Positions 1 to 10,730 of a stretch of DNA of 64,000 nt are shown in pieces. The translations under genes and the position numbers were made by a program. Below the pieces are notes generated by a model. It saw only the letters and a list, made by a program, of their open reading frames with translations. It was not told the DNA's origin and made no database searches. The first letter of the stretch is position 1; every line of letters starts with the position of its first letter. Origin of the DNA: Bacilli bacterium (GTDB lineage: Bacteria > Bacillota_I > Bacilli_A > RFN20 > UBA1709); the NCBI GenBank assembly GCA_050949315.1, contig JBMNFL010000001.1:32001-96000 (forward strand), given 5' to 3'.

Positions 1-507
1 ATGGCTAAGTTTAATCTAATCAAAAAGATTGAAAATGGTCTATATTATTTTCCTTCTGAAGATCAACGGTTTAAAGAATTGATGCCATCATTAGAAAGTA
101 TTGTTAAAAAGAAATATTTGGACAATTATAACGGTATAAGGACAGGCGCTTTTTTAGCATACAAATATAAACTTACAACTCAAGTTTCGGGCTACTATGA
201 AATCGTTACCAATAATGTACATAAGCGAACAAGAGCAAAAAAAGAATATAATGGTAATGTCATTGTATGGGCTTCTAAATTTGAAATTAATAGAACGAAT
301 TATTTATATGCTGAATTTTTAGAATTGGTAAATAATATTAGATATAGCGATTACAATTATGAAGAAACTAAAATAATTCTTATTGATACTTTTAATAAAA
401 TGAAATTAAATAAAGAAACCCTAAAAGAGTTATCGGAATATTATAGAGGCACTGCCTATTCTTCATTAAGAAAAATAACAGAGGAGATTTTATATGAGAT
501 TGCATGA
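1..507 (+). CDS. DUF6088/AbiEi-like antitoxin of a type IV toxin-antitoxin pair (may be 5'-truncated by the window edge)
   Basis: GLYY and TG..AY..KLTTQVS..YEIVTN motifs typical of DUF6088 proteins; overlaps the downstream AbiEii-like gene; AT-rich. Confidence 0.7.
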   Translation: MAKFNLIKKIENGLYYFPSEDQRFKELMPSLESIVKKKYLDNYNGIRTGAFLAYKYKLTTQVSGYYEIVTNNVHKRTRAKKEYNGNVIVWASKFEINRTNYLYAEFLELVNNIRYSDYNYEETKIILIDTFNKMKLNKETLKELSEYYRGTAYSSLRKITEEILYEIA

Positions 508-1423
508 AAACGAAAAACTATTTAAAAACATCGTAGAATTAACAGCATTAAAAGAAAATATTTCTTCTGAGATTATTGAAAAGGATTATTATGTTATTTT
601 GGCCTTAAAGAAGCTTTATGAATATGATAGCAATATTGTATTTGTTGGTGGTACAGCTCTTGCAAAATGTTTCAATATAATTAAGAGATTTTCTGAAGAT
701 ATTGATTTATCTGTTAAACACGACAGTAAAAAAGGGGCTCAAAAACAAACGCATAAAATTATTGAAAATATTAAAACTAACTGGGCATGGAACATAGAAG
801 ATGAGAACAAGATTTTTCAAGATTTTAAAGTGATTTTTTTAAATTACAGCATGGACAATACTAAAAATGATTTTAAAGTAGAAAAGAGAATTAGATTAGA
901 ATTATTAACTTTTTTAAATCCTTTTCCAATTGTAGAAAAAAAGATATCACCATACGTAATGAAATACCTAACTGATGCAGAATTAGAAGAATATGATATT
1001 AAAGAAATCATCGTAAAAACTCAAGAACCATATAGGACACTATTTGAAAAGATATTACTTCAAAAAGAACTATATCAAGGCTTTCTTGATAATAATGAAG
1101 AAAGAGATGATCAAATAAGAAGAGCTAGAGATTTTTATGACATTCATAAAATATGGGAATACTATAACAAACGATTTCCTTTTACAAAAGAACAAATGTT
1201 AGAGATGTTAGAATCAAGAAATTTAAACAGAAAAAACAGATTAAAAATTGATTTGAACAATTTATCCAAAAATAAATTATATGACATGTATATAAAAAGG
1301 AATATCAAAAAACAGTTAGAAGTAAATGATAAAACCAAATTAACTATAAGAGATTTAGATTGTGATTCAATAGAAAAGTCGTTAAAAGAAATTGATATTG
1401 TTTTATCCCAATACAACAAGTAA
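494..1423 (+). CDS. AbiEii/AbiGii-family nucleotidyltransferase toxin
   Basis: IIEKDYY, VFVGGTALAKCF..IKRFSEDIDL and RDFYDI motifs. Confidence 0.85.
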   Translation: MRLHENEKLFKNIVELTALKENISSEIIEKDYYVILALKKLYEYDSNIVFVGGTALAKCFNIIKRFSEDIDLSVKHDSKKGAQKQTHKIIENIKTNWAWNIEDENKIFQDFKVIFLNYSMDNTKNDFKVEKRIRLELLTFLNPFPIVEKKISPYVMKYLTDAELEEYDIKEIIVKTQEPYRTLFEKILLQKELYQGFLDNNEERDDQIRRARDFYDIHKIWEYYNKRFPFTKEQMLEMLESRNLNRKNRLKIDLNNLSKNKLYDMYIKRNIKKQLEVNDKTKLTIRDLDCDSIEKSLKEIDIVLSQYNK

Positions 1424-1686
1424 TAGAATAAGTATCTGCTTTGGTAAACGTTGAACCACTCAACACGGGTTATAACTTTAAAAGTGAACGAGCGACTTAG
1501 AAACATCTAATTTGTAGTGTAATGTCAATAACATTTTTAATCGACAAAACTATACTAAAAACAATTTCGACTTTTATTATTTGTTGCATTCAGTTTGTAA
1601 AATAACAAATTTTCTTTTTTTCTTATTTCTGGTTGTTTTTAAAAGTGAGAAAACCTATAATTAGAAAGAATGATAGGAGGATAGCA

Positions 1687-2121
1687 ATGAAAATAGTTTT
1701 AGGTTCAGATCACGCTGGTTTTGCACGCAAAGAAGAAATTAAGGCTTATTTAGAAAGCCAAGGACTAATGGTTATTGATGTTGGCTGCTTCAGTGCCGAG
1801 CGTGTGGACTATCCAGATTTTGGTTATGCGGCAGCTAAAAAAGTTGCCAGCAAGGAAGCCGATTATGGCATTGTTGTCTGTTTTACCGGTATTGGAATTG
1901 GCATGGCGGCCAATAAGGTTAAGGGTGTTCGTTGTGCGACAGTTGCTAGTCTTGATCAAGTCGATTTAACCCGCCGTCACAACGATGCCAATATGTTAGC
2001 TTTTGGGGCAAAATATGTTGACAAAGACTTAGCCTTCAAGTTAATTGATAAATTTTTAGAAACGCCTTTTGATGGCGGTAGACATCAGGCGCGGGTTGAT
2101 AAATTAGATAAAGGTTGTTAA
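1687..2121 (+). CDS. rpiB: ribose-5-phosphate isomerase B
   Basis: [33 protein letters not shown]; ATG at 1687 after AGGAGG. Confidence 0.93.
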   Translation: MKIVLGSDHAGFARKEEIKAYLESQGLMVIDVGCFSAERVDYPDFGYAAAKKVASKEADYGIVVCFTGIGIGMAANKVKGVRCATVASLDQVDLTRRHNDANMLAFGAKYVDKDLAFKLIDKFLETPFDGGRHQARVDKLDKGC

Positions 2122-2123
2122 AT

Positions 2124-3350
2124 ATGAAAGATGTAGAAATCCAGGAATTAATTGAAAAAGAAAAACAAAGACAACTCAGACATATTGAGTTGATTGCTAG
2201 TGAAAATTTCGCTTCGCAGGCGGTTTTAGAAGCCTGTGGTAGTGTTTTATCCAATAAATATGCCGAGGGTTATCCCGGGCGTCGTTACTATGGTGGTTGT
2301 GAATATGTTGATGCCATTGAAACCTTAGCAATTGAGCGAGCTAAGGTGCTTTTTAATGCGGAACACGCCAATGTTCAACCCCATTCTGGCACTCAGGCCA
2401 ATATGGCGGTTTATCTAGCAATTTTAAAGCCGGGTGATAAGGTTTTAAGTATGGGCTTGGATGCTGGTGGCCATTTAAGCCATGGTCACCATTTAAGTTT
2501 TTCAGGTGCAATTTATTCGTTTTATCACTATGGAGTAGATGAGAAAAATGAACTAATTGATTATGAAGAAGTTAAAAGAAAAGCCTTAGAAATCAAACCT
2601 AAATTAATTGTTTGTGGGGCCAGTGCTTATTCTCGAACTTTTGATTTTAAGAAATTCCGAGAAATCGCCGATGCCGTCGGTGCATATTTAATGGTTGATA
2701 TCGCCCATTACGCTGGTTTAGTCGCGGCTAAATTATTCCCTTCACCAGTTCCTTATGCCGATTTTGTAACCAGTACGACTCAAAAGACTTTACGGGGGCC
2801 ACGTGGCGGACTTATCCTTTGTAAAGAAAAATATAAAAAGATTATAGATATGGCGGTTTTCCCTGGAATTCAAGGGGGACCTTTAGAAAACAATATTGCT
2901 GGCAAAGCCCTTTGTTTTAAAGAGGCGATGAGCCCTTCTTTTGTCCGCTATCAAAAGCAAGTTTTACTCAATTGTCAAGCCTTTATGAAAGCTTTTGAAG
3001 AAGAGGGCATTAGAATTGTCAGTTCCGGTAGTGACTCCCATCTTTTTATGATTGATTTGCGTTCTTTTACCGATTTAAATGGTAAAGAAGCCGAAGAAAT
3101 ATTGGGGCAAATTAAGATTACCACTAATAAGAATTCTTTGCCTTTTGATCCTAAGCCCCCAGTTTATACTTCAGGTTTGCGTTTTGGAACGTCGGCGATG
3201 ACCAGTCGGGGTTTCAAAGAAGAAGACTTCTATCAAGTTGGCAAGATTATTATTCAAGCCCTTAAAAATTATCAAGATACTAACAAGTTAGCTATATTAA
3301 CAGATAAAGTTGTAAAGATGGTAGAAAAACTACCACTAAGGGAGGAATAA
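2124..3350 (+). CDS. glyA: serine hydroxymethyltransferase
   Basis: [34 protein letters not shown]; start uncertain (2115 or 2124). Confidence 0.96.
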   Translation: MKDVEIQELIEKEKQRQLRHIELIASENFASQAVLEACGSVLSNKYAEGYPGRRYYGGCEYVDAIETLAIERAKVLFNAEHANVQPHSGTQANMAVYLAILKPGDKVLSMGLDAGGHLSHGHHLSFSGAIYSFYHYGVDEKNELIDYEEVKRKALEIKPKLIVCGASAYSRTFDFKKFREIADAVGAYLMVDIAHYAGLVAAKLFPSPVPYADFVTSTTQKTLRGPRGGLILCKEKYKKIIDMAVFPGIQGGPLENNIAGKALCFKEAMSPSFVRYQKQVLLNCQAFMKAFEEEGIRIVSSGSDSHLFMIDLRSFTDLNGKEAEEILGQIKITTNKNSLPFDPKPPVYTSGLRFGTSAMTSRGFKEEDFYQVGKIIIQALKNYQDTNKLAILTDKVVKMVEKLPLREE

Positions 3351-3353
3351 AAA

Positions 3354-3974
3354 ATGCTACACGTTATCGATCACCCACTTATTCGGCACAAGATGACCAC
3401 GATGCGCCGAAAGACAACAGGAACCAAGGACTTCAGAGAAAACCTTGATGAAATCGCGGGCTTAATGGCCTATGAGGTAACTCGTGATTTGCCACTTAAG
3501 AGTTTGGAAATTGAAACGCCTATCGCTAAAGCTCGTGGCTACCAATTAAAAAAAGGTGTGGTTTTGGTTCCCATCCTAAGGGCGGGGTTAGGGATGGTAG
3601 ACGGGATTAAGAAAGTGATTCCCAATGCTAAAATTGGGCACATCGGTCTTTACCGGGATGAGAGTACTTTAGAACCTCAAGAGTATTACATAAAATTACC
3701 TAAGACGGTTACAGAATCAACAGTGTTTATCCTAGACCCCATGCTTGCTACAGGCGGTAGTGCCGTTGCCGCCATTAGAATGGTTAAGGAAAGCGGAGCC
3801 CAAGATATTAAACTCATCTGTTTGGTAGGAGTTCAAGTGGGGGTTGATAATGTTGTAAAGCATCATCCAGATGTTGAAATTTATCTCGCTGCCCTTGATG
3901 ATCATCTCAATGAAAATGGTTACATCGTCCCAGGTTTAGGGGATGCTGGCGATCGTTTATTTGGAACTAAATAA
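3354..3974 (+). CDS. upp: uracil phosphoribosyltransferase
   Basis: [31 protein letters not shown]. Confidence 0.97.
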   Translation: MLHVIDHPLIRHKMTTMRRKTTGTKDFRENLDEIAGLMAYEVTRDLPLKSLEIETPIAKARGYQLKKGVVLVPILRAGLGMVDGIKKVIPNAKIGHIGLYRDESTLEPQEYYIKLPKTVTESTVFILDPMLATGGSAVAAIRMVKESGAQDIKLICLVGVQVGVDNVVKHHPDVEIYLAALDDHLNENGYIVPGLGDAGDRLFGTK

Positions 3975-3981
3975 AAAAAAC

Positions 3982-4002
3982 AGTGTCCTTCGGGGCACTT
4001 TT
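3982..4002 (+). terminator. intrinsic terminator after upp
   Basis: AGTGTCC-TTCG-GGGCACT hairpin followed by Ts. Confidence 0.75.
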
Positions 4003-4169
4003 AATTTATATTTTCAATATAAATGAAAAAAGTTAAGAAAATTCTTGGGAAAATTCTTGTTTAATCACTGAGTAAATACTTTGAGTTTAACTGATGTTTT
4101 CGGCTTTTTTAAGAATGGAGGTTCATAAAAAGACCAGATATCAAGTAACTTTTTTTGTTTCCATATAAT

Positions 4170-4190
4170 ATAGATTATGTTATAATCTAT
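4170..4190 (+). promoter_or_regulatory. V-ATPase operon extended -10 inside a palindrome (putative operator)
   Basis: ATAGATTAT-GTT-ATAATCTAT inverted repeat containing TG-T-TATAAT (4178-4186). Confidence 0.55.
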
Positions 4191-4209
4191 CGCGAAAGGT
4201 GGTGATTGA

Positions 4210-4518
4210 ATGTCAATTTTAGATTCTATTCAAGCTGCTGAAGCTAAGGCTGAACAAGCAAAAGTTGATGCGGTCAAAGAAGTCGAAGCTCTACTAGAGA
4301 AGACCAAGAAGGCCGCAGAAGCAGCAGGAGAAGCCCTGCTACAAAAAGCCGCAGATGAGGAAAAGAAACTAGCCAAAGAAACAACTAAGAAATTAGCTGA
4401 TGAAGAGGCTAAGTTACTAGCTCATTACGAAAAAGAAGATAAAAAGATAGCTTCACTGGCGGATAGTAGAATTGATATCGCAATTAGTTACATTATGAAG
4501 AAGGTTGTCTCATCATGA
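4210..4518 (+). CDS. V-type ATPase peripheral stalk subunit (G/H, NtpF-like)
   Basis: Ala/Glu/Lys-rich coiled coil of 102 aa, first gene of the ntp operon. Confidence 0.75.
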   Translation: MSILDSIQAAEAKAEQAKVDAVKEVEALLEKTKKAAEAAGEALLQKAADEEKKLAKETTKKLADEEAKLLAHYEKEDKKIASLADSRIDIAISYIMKKVVSS

Positions 4519-6458
4519 TAGTCCCGATGAAAAAAGCCAGAATTGTCATTTTGAAAGAAGACAAAGAGGACGTCCTCAAAGCTTTACAGCGCGCTGGCGA
4601 ACTAATGGTAATTCATACCGAGGATAGTCAAGAGACACTCGATTCTAGTCGTGCGGAGAACCTTGTCCAAAGGTCTCAAAGATCCTTGCAAACATTGAAA
4701 CCCTACACTGAAAAGAAGGGAATGTTTGATCAATCGAAGTTCTTTAATGTTGATTACGAAGATTTTGTTAATCCAAATCTTGAGAATGTTGAAACATTGG
4801 AACAGATTGAAAAGGCAGACGGAGCGATTTCAAGACTTAAAACGGAAAATGATGCCTGTCGCGAGTTTATCAAAACTCTCGAACCTTGGTCGGGTTTAGG
4901 TGGTAAATTGTCAACAATTTATGATTCTAAATACACCAAGATTCATCCTGGTTTTGTAGCCACAAAATTATTGGATGCTTTTATGGAGAATTTCCAAGAT
5001 CTTGAAAGCGAGGTTACGCTTTTTGGTCAAAGCGAAGATAGCCAAGCCGTACTGATTGTCAACTGGCATGAGGATGATGAAGCCGTAATGGAACAAATTA
5101 AAAGTTCAGGCTTCATGGAGACGCAGTTGCCAAACGAGGACAAGACAATTCACGATTTAGTGGTCGAGAAGCAGAAGGTAATCGAAGCTAATGAAGCTAA
5201 GATTGCTGAAATTGAAGACCAATTGAAGAAATTGGCGACCAAAGAAAGAGAGATTCAGATCTTTCAAGATCAAATGGCCACAGAGCTTGCTTACAAGCAA
5301 ACTCCGCTACAAACCACGGCGCAAACAGCACTAATTGTTGGATGGTGCAAAGCGAAGAAAACGGAGGTCATTAAAGAGGCCGTTGCTACAGCAACTCCAT
5401 ATTTCGATGTTGAATTTGTGGAGCCTGCTGATGATGACGATGTGCCGGTTGCTTTAGAAAACAACAAATTTGTTTCAAACTTTGAAACCCTAACTGATCA
5501 ATACTCTCATCCTAGCAGAAGTGATTTAGATCCTAATCCGGTTATGTCGGTTTGGTATTGGATGATTTTTGGTATGATGATGGGCGATGCCGGATACGGC
5601 CTTTTATTATTGCTTGCAACGCTTTTCATCAAGAAGTTTATGAAGCCAAAAGGTGGTTTTGCTAAACTAATCAATATCTTCTTCTTTGGAAGTATTACAA
5701 CCATGCTTTGGGGTATTTTATGGGGTAGCTATTTCGGTATTTCAGAAATAGGCGGAACCTCTTTAATTTTGTGGTTTAATCCCCAAAATGAACCTCTGGT
5801 TATGTTGGTTCTAACAATGATTATTGGAGTCGTCCACTTAAGTTTTGGCTTGGTGATGAAATGTATACTCTGTTTCCGTGAAGGTCAGTATTTTGCGGGC
5901 ATTTTCGATAATATTTCCTGGCTCGTCATAATGATTGGCTTATGCCTAGCTTTAGCTGACTTTGTGGGAGGTTTGATGCCCCATAGTTTCTTCTCGGCTG
6001 ATCCAGTGAAGATACCACCCGTTGTGGCAACTATAGGTTATGTTGTTTTAGCAATTGGTGCTGCTATGGTTCTATTTACGGCTGGTCGCGATAAGAAGGG
6101 TATTGGTAAGGTCACAGGTGGTTTAACCAGTTTATATGGTGTCACTTCCTATATTAGTGACATTCTTTCCTACTCACGGATTTTAGCACTAGCTATGTCA
6201 GGGGCGATTATCGCCTATGTCATGAACTTTTTAGCTGGCATGGTACAAAGTGGTGTCATTGGTTGGGTTCTCTCAATTGTCGTTTATCTCGTTGGTCATG
6301 TCTTCAACATTGCGATGAGTTTGTTATCTGCCTACGTCCATGACAGTAGATTACAGTATATCGAATTCTACGGAAAATTCTATGAAGGTGGCGGTCGTGA
6401 TTTCAAACCGTTATCGCTTCAGTACAAATACATTTATGAAATCAACGAAAAAAAATAA
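4515..6458 (+). CDS. ntpI: V-type ATPase subunit I (a)
   Basis: FGMMMGDAGYG, SDILSYSRILAL, VHDSRLQYIEFYGKFY. Confidence 0.95.
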   Translation: MIVPMKKARIVILKEDKEDVLKALQRAGELMVIHTEDSQETLDSSRAENLVQRSQRSLQTLKPYTEKKGMFDQSKFFNVDYEDFVNPNLENVETLEQIEKADGAISRLKTENDACREFIKTLEPWSGLGGKLSTIYDSKYTKIHPGFVATKLLDAFMENFQDLESEVTLFGQSEDSQAVLIVNWHEDDEAVMEQIKSSGFMETQLPNEDKTIHDLVVEKQKVIEANEAKIAEIEDQLKKLATKEREIQIFQDQMATELAYKQTPLQTTAQTALIVGWCKAKKTEVIKEAVATATPYFDVEFVEPADDDDVPVALENNKFVSNFETLTDQYSHPSRSDLDPNPVMSVWYWMIFGMMMGDAGYGLLLLLATLFIKKFMKPKGGFAKLINIFFFGSITTMLWGILWGSYFGISEIGGTSLILWFNPQNEPLVMLVLTMIIGVVHLSFGLVMKCILCFREGQYFAGIFDNISWLVIMIGLCLALADFVGGLMPHSFFSADPVKIPPVVATIGYVVLAIGAAMVLFTAGRDKKGIGKVTGGLTSLYGVTSYISDILSYSRILALAMSGAIIAYVMNFLAGMVQSGVIGWVLSIVVYLVGHVFNIAMSLLSAYVHDSRLQYIEFYGKFYEGGGRDFKPLSLQYKYIYEINEKK

Positions 6459-6496
6459 TCAAATAAGATTATTATTAAGAAAAGGAGAAAATTAAA

Positions 6497-7006
6497 ATGT
6501 TATTTTTAGCCGACATTCCAGGATTATTTTCTAACGTTTCTGGATTCGCAATCGCTGTTTTTGGAGCCGCTATCGCTGCTGGCTTAGCCTGCTGTGGTTC
6601 CGCTATTGGCGTCGGTATTGCTGGTAAATCAGCAGCTGGCGTTATGTCTGAAAAACCCGAATTATTCGGTAAATTATTGGTCTTACAAGCCTTACCTGGA
6701 ACCCAAGGTATCTATGGCTTCTTAGTTGCTATTCTTATCATGGTAAACATTGGTGCTTTAGGTGGAGATAATGCTGCTTTTGATGTTGCCACTGGTTGGG
6801 CCTTCGTTGGTGCTGGTCTTCCCATTGGTTTAGGTGGTCTAGTTTCTGCTATCTACCAAGGTAAAGCCGCTGCTGCCTCAATTCAAATGACTGGCAAAGA
6901 TCCCGAACAATTCGCTAAGGGCATTACGATGACGGCCTTAGTCGAAACGTATGCCATTTTGTCATTACTAGTTTCCATCCTGTTAGTCTTCGGTATCAAA
7001 GTTTAG
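6497..7006 (+). CDS. ntpK: V-type ATPase rotor subunit K (c), Na+-type signature
   Basis: Four-TM proteolipid with LQALPGTQGIYG, AIYQG and VETYA. Confidence 0.93.
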   Translation: MLFLADIPGLFSNVSGFAIAVFGAAIAAGLACCGSAIGVGIAGKSAAGVMSEKPELFGKLLVLQALPGTQGIYGFLVAILIMVNIGALGGDNAAFDVATGWAFVGAGLPIGLGGLVSAIYQGKAAAASIQMTGKDPEQFAKGITMTALVETYAILSLLVSILLVFGIKV

Positions 7007-7030
7007 TCAAATTTAATTATCAGAAATTAG

Positions 7031-7660
7031 GTGATTAAATTGGCAAACATCTACGATAAAATTGAAGAAAAAGGAAAACTAGAGGCTAAAGAAATTATTA
7101 AAGCCGGCCAACAAAAAGCGGCCGCGCTCAAGAAAAGCATTGATGAAGGTTTCGAAAAAGAATATAAGAGAATTATTGATGACGCAACCCGTTCTAATGC
7201 TGATTATCTAAAAACTAGACTTACTCAAGTCGATCAATCTGCCAAACAAAAATCCTTGTATGCAAAAAAGGCAGTGATTAACACGGTCATTGAAAGAGTT
7301 CATGCAAAAATGCTCAAACTCAGCGATAAAGAATTAACCGATTTAGTGGTTAAAGTTATTGCGTCCGATGTTATCCAAGGCGATGAAGTCGTCAAAGTTT
7401 CCAAAGAAGATTACAAAAAATATCGCAAACTCTTTGCTAGTAAGCAAGAGGGGGAGCCAGTTGAACTCGATCTTCTCAATAAGAAATTGGGGAAAGGTTA
7501 CAAGTTAACCTTATCGAAAGAAGCTGCAGATATTGATGGCGGCTTTGTTCTCATTGGTAAACGCTATGATGTCAATCATTCATACAAGGTATTGCTTGAT
7601 AATATCCGGGAAGAACATGAGTCAGAAGTGGCCAAACTTCTTTTCGGTGATGGAGAATAA
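7031..7660 (+). CDS. ntpE: V-type ATPase subunit E
   Basis: Operon position, coiled N-terminus, IDGGFVL motif. Confidence 0.85.
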   Translation: MIKLANIYDKIEEKGKLEAKEIIKAGQQKAAALKKSIDEGFEKEYKRIIDDATRSNADYLKTRLTQVDQSAKQKSLYAKKAVINTVIERVHAKMLKLSDKELTDLVVKVIASDVIQGDEVVKVSKEDYKKYRKLFASKQEGEPVELDLLNKKLGKGYKLTLSKEAADIDGGFVLIGKRYDVNHSYKVLLDNIREEHESEVAKLLFGDGE

Positions 7661-7662
7661 AG

Positions 7663-8607
7663 ATGGATTATGGTTATGCAATTGGTGCTATTAAAGCCAG
7701 AGAAACAAGTCTTCTAGATAAAACAAAGTTATCGAAACTTTTTCGCTGTAGCGATGAAGAGTTCCGTACTTCTTTAGTTGACATGGGCTATGGTAGCAGC
7801 AGTAATACTTTAGAAGGAATTATCACCAGTGAAATGCTCAAAACCAAGAAATTCTTGGAAACAATTACACCAGAGAGTGATGTTATGGAGCTTTTCTACT
7901 TACAAAATGATGCGCAAAACACCAAGGTTATTTATAAGGCCAAGACCTTTGGCTTACATAATGAAAATTATTTAAACACGGGTGTTATAGATACAGCCTT
8001 ATTAGCTGAAGCGATAAATAGTGGTAATTATGATCGTATTTCTGATGAATACGCACCCCTTCTTAAGAAGATTGCTGTTAAAACCGCTGGTATCAAAAAT
8101 GCCCGGGTTCTTAGTGCAACTATTGATAATTGTTTCTTTGAATACATCTTTGATAAGTTAGAAGTGGTTAAAGAAGAGGCGTTAGCTGTATACTTTGGCA
8201 CCTTCGTTAACTTAGCAAACATTCTCACACTCATTCGCTGTCAAACTCTCAATTGGGGCTTTGATAAATTCAGTGAGATGTACCTTGATTATGGTAGCAT
8301 CAAAAAAGACGATTTTCTATCCGCATACTCTTTGGCAGGTGAAGGCTTAGCAAAGCATTTCATTAAAAAAGATTACGGTGAAAAGATTTCCAAGTGTTTA
8401 AAAGATTATGTTGATAATCTAGATTTAAGCAAACTTGAGAAGTCCTTTGATGAATTGAAACTCAAAATCATGAAAGATTATAGTTTACAATTCAGTTCAG
8501 TTGGACCATTGGTCTACTATTATTTAGAAAAAGAAGCAGAAGCAAAGAATATCCGTTTGATTTATTCAAATCATGAGACAGATGTTGCTGATCTTCTGAG
8601 TTATTAG
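7663..8607 (+). CDS. ntpC: V-type ATPase subunit C
   Basis: YAIGAIKARE N-terminus, KEAEAKNIRLI C-terminus, operon position. Confidence 0.85.
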   Translation: MDYGYAIGAIKARETSLLDKTKLSKLFRCSDEEFRTSLVDMGYGSSSNTLEGIITSEMLKTKKFLETITPESDVMELFYLQNDAQNTKVIYKAKTFGLHNENYLNTGVIDTALLAEAINSGNYDRISDEYAPLLKKIAVKTAGIKNARVLSATIDNCFFEYIFDKLEVVKEEALAVYFGTFVNLANILTLIRCQTLNWGFDKFSEMYLDYGSIKKDDFLSAYSLAGEGLAKHFIKKDYGEKISKCLKDYVDNLDLSKLEKSFDELKLKIMKDYSLQFSSVGPLVYYYLEKEAEAKNIRLIYSNHETDVADLLSY

Positions 8608-8618
8608 GAGGTAAGGCA

Positions 8619-8933
8619 ATGGAAAAAGTTCATATGGCAGCCGTCGGTTGCACAGAAGAAATCTACTTGTTCAATGCCGTAGGCATTGCAACAATACTTG
8701 CTAAGACTCCCGTAGATGCTGATCAAAAGATTTTTGAATTAGTTCAAGCTGGTTGCAAAATTATCTATTTAACGGAAGAGTTATACACCCAGATGAAGGG
8801 GACACTAGAAAAATATGCTAAGAGTGCTTTTCCCATCATCATCCCCATTCCTTCCCTAGCTGGAAGCATGGGTGTTGGTGTAAAGAAGGTCAGAAGTAAT
8901 GTCGAAAAAGCCATAGGCATGGATATTTTATAG
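8619..8933 (+). CDS. ntpG: V-type ATPase subunit F (NtpG)
   Basis: 104 aa, PIIIPIP...VEKAIGMDI. Confidence 0.88.
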   Translation: MEKVHMAAVGCTEEIYLFNAVGIATILAKTPVDADQKIFELVQAGCKIIYLTEELYTQMKGTLEKYAKSAFPIIIPIPSLAGSMGVGVKKVRSNVEKAIGMDIL

Positions 8934-8948
8934 AAAGGGTGACAATTA

Positions 8949-10730
8949 ATGAATGATAAAAAAGTAGGAATCATCTCTAAAGTTGCCGGACCACTAGTTC
9001 TTGCTAAAGGCATGGGAGATGTCAAATTATATGACGTCGTTCGTGTCAGTGAAAAAAGACTAATTGGTGAAGTTATCGAGTTAAGAGGCGACGTGGCCTC
9101 CATTCAGGTTTATGAAGAGACTGCTGGTTTGGGACCAGGCGAACCCGTCTATCCCACCAATGAAGCCCTCTCAGTTGAATTAGGCCCAGGTCTAATTGAA
9201 GGAATCTATGATGGTATTCAACGTCCTCTCGATATCGTTTACGAACGGGCTGGAGATAAGATTCCATTAGGTATTGAAGTGCCAAAGATTTCGCGCGAAA
9301 GAGTTTGGGAATTTACACCTGTTGCCAAGGTTGGCGATTATGTTGAAGGTGGAGACGTCCTAGGAACAGTAGTTGAAACCAAGGCGGTTTTACACAAGAT
9401 TATGGTTCCACCATACTTAAAAGGTAAACTCACTTGGGTTCACGCTGGTGGCAAGGCCAAAGTAGAAGATGTTGTCGCGAAAGTTAAAGACGAAAAGGGT
9501 AAGGTCCATGAATTGAACATGATTCAAGAATGGCCTGTTCGGGTAGCTAGACCCTACAAGAATAAATTAGCTCCCAATCAACCAATGACCACAGGACAAA
9601 GAGTTATTGATACGCTCTTCCCCATTGCTATCGGTGGTGTCGCTTGTATTCCTGGACCCTTCGGTTCTGGTAAGACCGTTGTTCAACACCAATTAGCTAA
9701 ATGGGCGGATGCTGAAATCGTTATCTTCGTCGGTTGTGGTGAACGTGGTAATGAAATGACTGACGTTTTGATGGAATTCCCCGAACTTTTCGATGAGAAG
9801 ACCGGCGATACCATTATGAAGCGGACAGTTTTAATTGCTAATACTTCCAATATGCCAGTTGCGGCGCGGGAAGCCTCAATTTACACCGGTATCACCATTG
9901 CTGAATATTTCCGGGATATGGGTTACAAAGTCGCTATCATGGCTGACTCTACCAGCCGTTGGGCTGAGGCGCTACGGGAAATGTCTTCACGGTTAGAAGA
10001 AATGCCGGGTGAAGAAGGCTATCCTGCCTATCTTGCCTCACGTCTAGCTGGCTTCTATGAGCGGGCTGGTTATGTTAGATGTTTAGGTCAAGAAGAGCGG
10101 ACCGGGGCGGTCTCAGCTATTGGTGCTGTTTCCCCAGCCGGTGGCGATACCTCTGAGCCAGTTTCCCAAGCTACGCTGAGAATTGTTAAAGTTTTCTGGG
10201 GCTTGAGTGCTAACCTTGCTCGTGCTCGTCACTTCCCAGCTATTGACTGGTTAAAATCTTACTCACTATATGAACCAACCTTGCAACCTTACTATGATGA
10301 GTTCATTAAGAAAGGTTGGTCCAAACAAGTTAGTGAAGCAAGAAGTTTATTACAAGAAGAAGCCAAATTAAACGAAATCGTGCGTTTAGTTGGTGCTGAC
10401 TCCCTTGAATTCCAAGATCGTTTAACCCTAGAAGTTGCTAGATCCATTCGTGAAGACTTCTTACACCAAATTGCCTTCCACGAAGTCGATACTTACACTT
10501 CTTTAGATAAACAATATGGAATGCTGAATATCATCTTAGATTGGTATCATCAAGGTCAAGAGGCTTTGAAAAACAATGTTTCTTACAACGATATTGCTAA
10601 GATGCCAATTAGAGAAGACATAGGTCGGGCTAAATATACCAAGGAAGAAGATTTCGCCGCTCGTTTCAAAGAAATCAAAACCAATTTAGATAAAGCCTAT
10701 GCCGAATTAAGAAAAGGAGGACAACAATAA
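8949..10730 (+). CDS. ntpA: V-type ATPase subunit A
   Basis: P-loop [29 protein letters not shown]. Confidence 0.97.
   Translation: MNDKKVGIISKVAGPLVLAKGMGDVKLYDVVRVSEKRLIGEVIELRGDVASIQVYEETAGLGPGEPVYPTNEALSVELGPGLIEGIYDGIQRPLDIVYERAGDKIPLGIEVPKISRERVWEFTPVAKVGDYVEGGDVLGTVVETKAVLHKIMVPPYLKGKLTWVHAGGKAKVEDVVAKVKDEKGKVHELNMIQEWPVRVARPYKNKLAPNQPMTTGQRVIDTLFPIAIGGVACIPGPFGSGKTVVQHQLAKWADAEIVIFVGCGERGNEMTDVLMEFPELFDEKTGDTIMKRTVLIANTSNMPVAAREASIYTGITIAEYFRDMGYKVAIMADSTSRWAEALREMSSRLEEMPGEEGYPAYLASRLAGFYERAGYVRCLGQEERTGAVSAIGAVSPAGGDTSEPVSQATLRIVKVFWGLSANLARARHFPAIDWLKSYSLYEPTLQPYYDEFIKKGWSKQVSEARSLLQEEAKLNEIVRLVGADSLEFQDRLTLEVARSIREDFLHQIAFHEVDTYTSLDKQYGMLNIILDWYHQGQEALKNNVSYNDIAKMPIREDIGRAKYTKEEDFAARFKEIKTNLDKAYAELRKGGQQ

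Noticed and set aside
1162-1506. Antisense 114-aa ORF over the AbiEii-like gene
   Set aside because: Shadow ORF with no motif or RBS, opposite a well-supported gene.
1424-1632. Possible ncRNA or IS-end remnant after the AbiEii-like gene (GTTGA-ACCAC-TCAAC hairpin; TGTAGTGT at 1513-1520 matching an IS-B end)
   Set aside because: The matches are too short for AT-rich DNA, with no partner end or recognisable RNA family.
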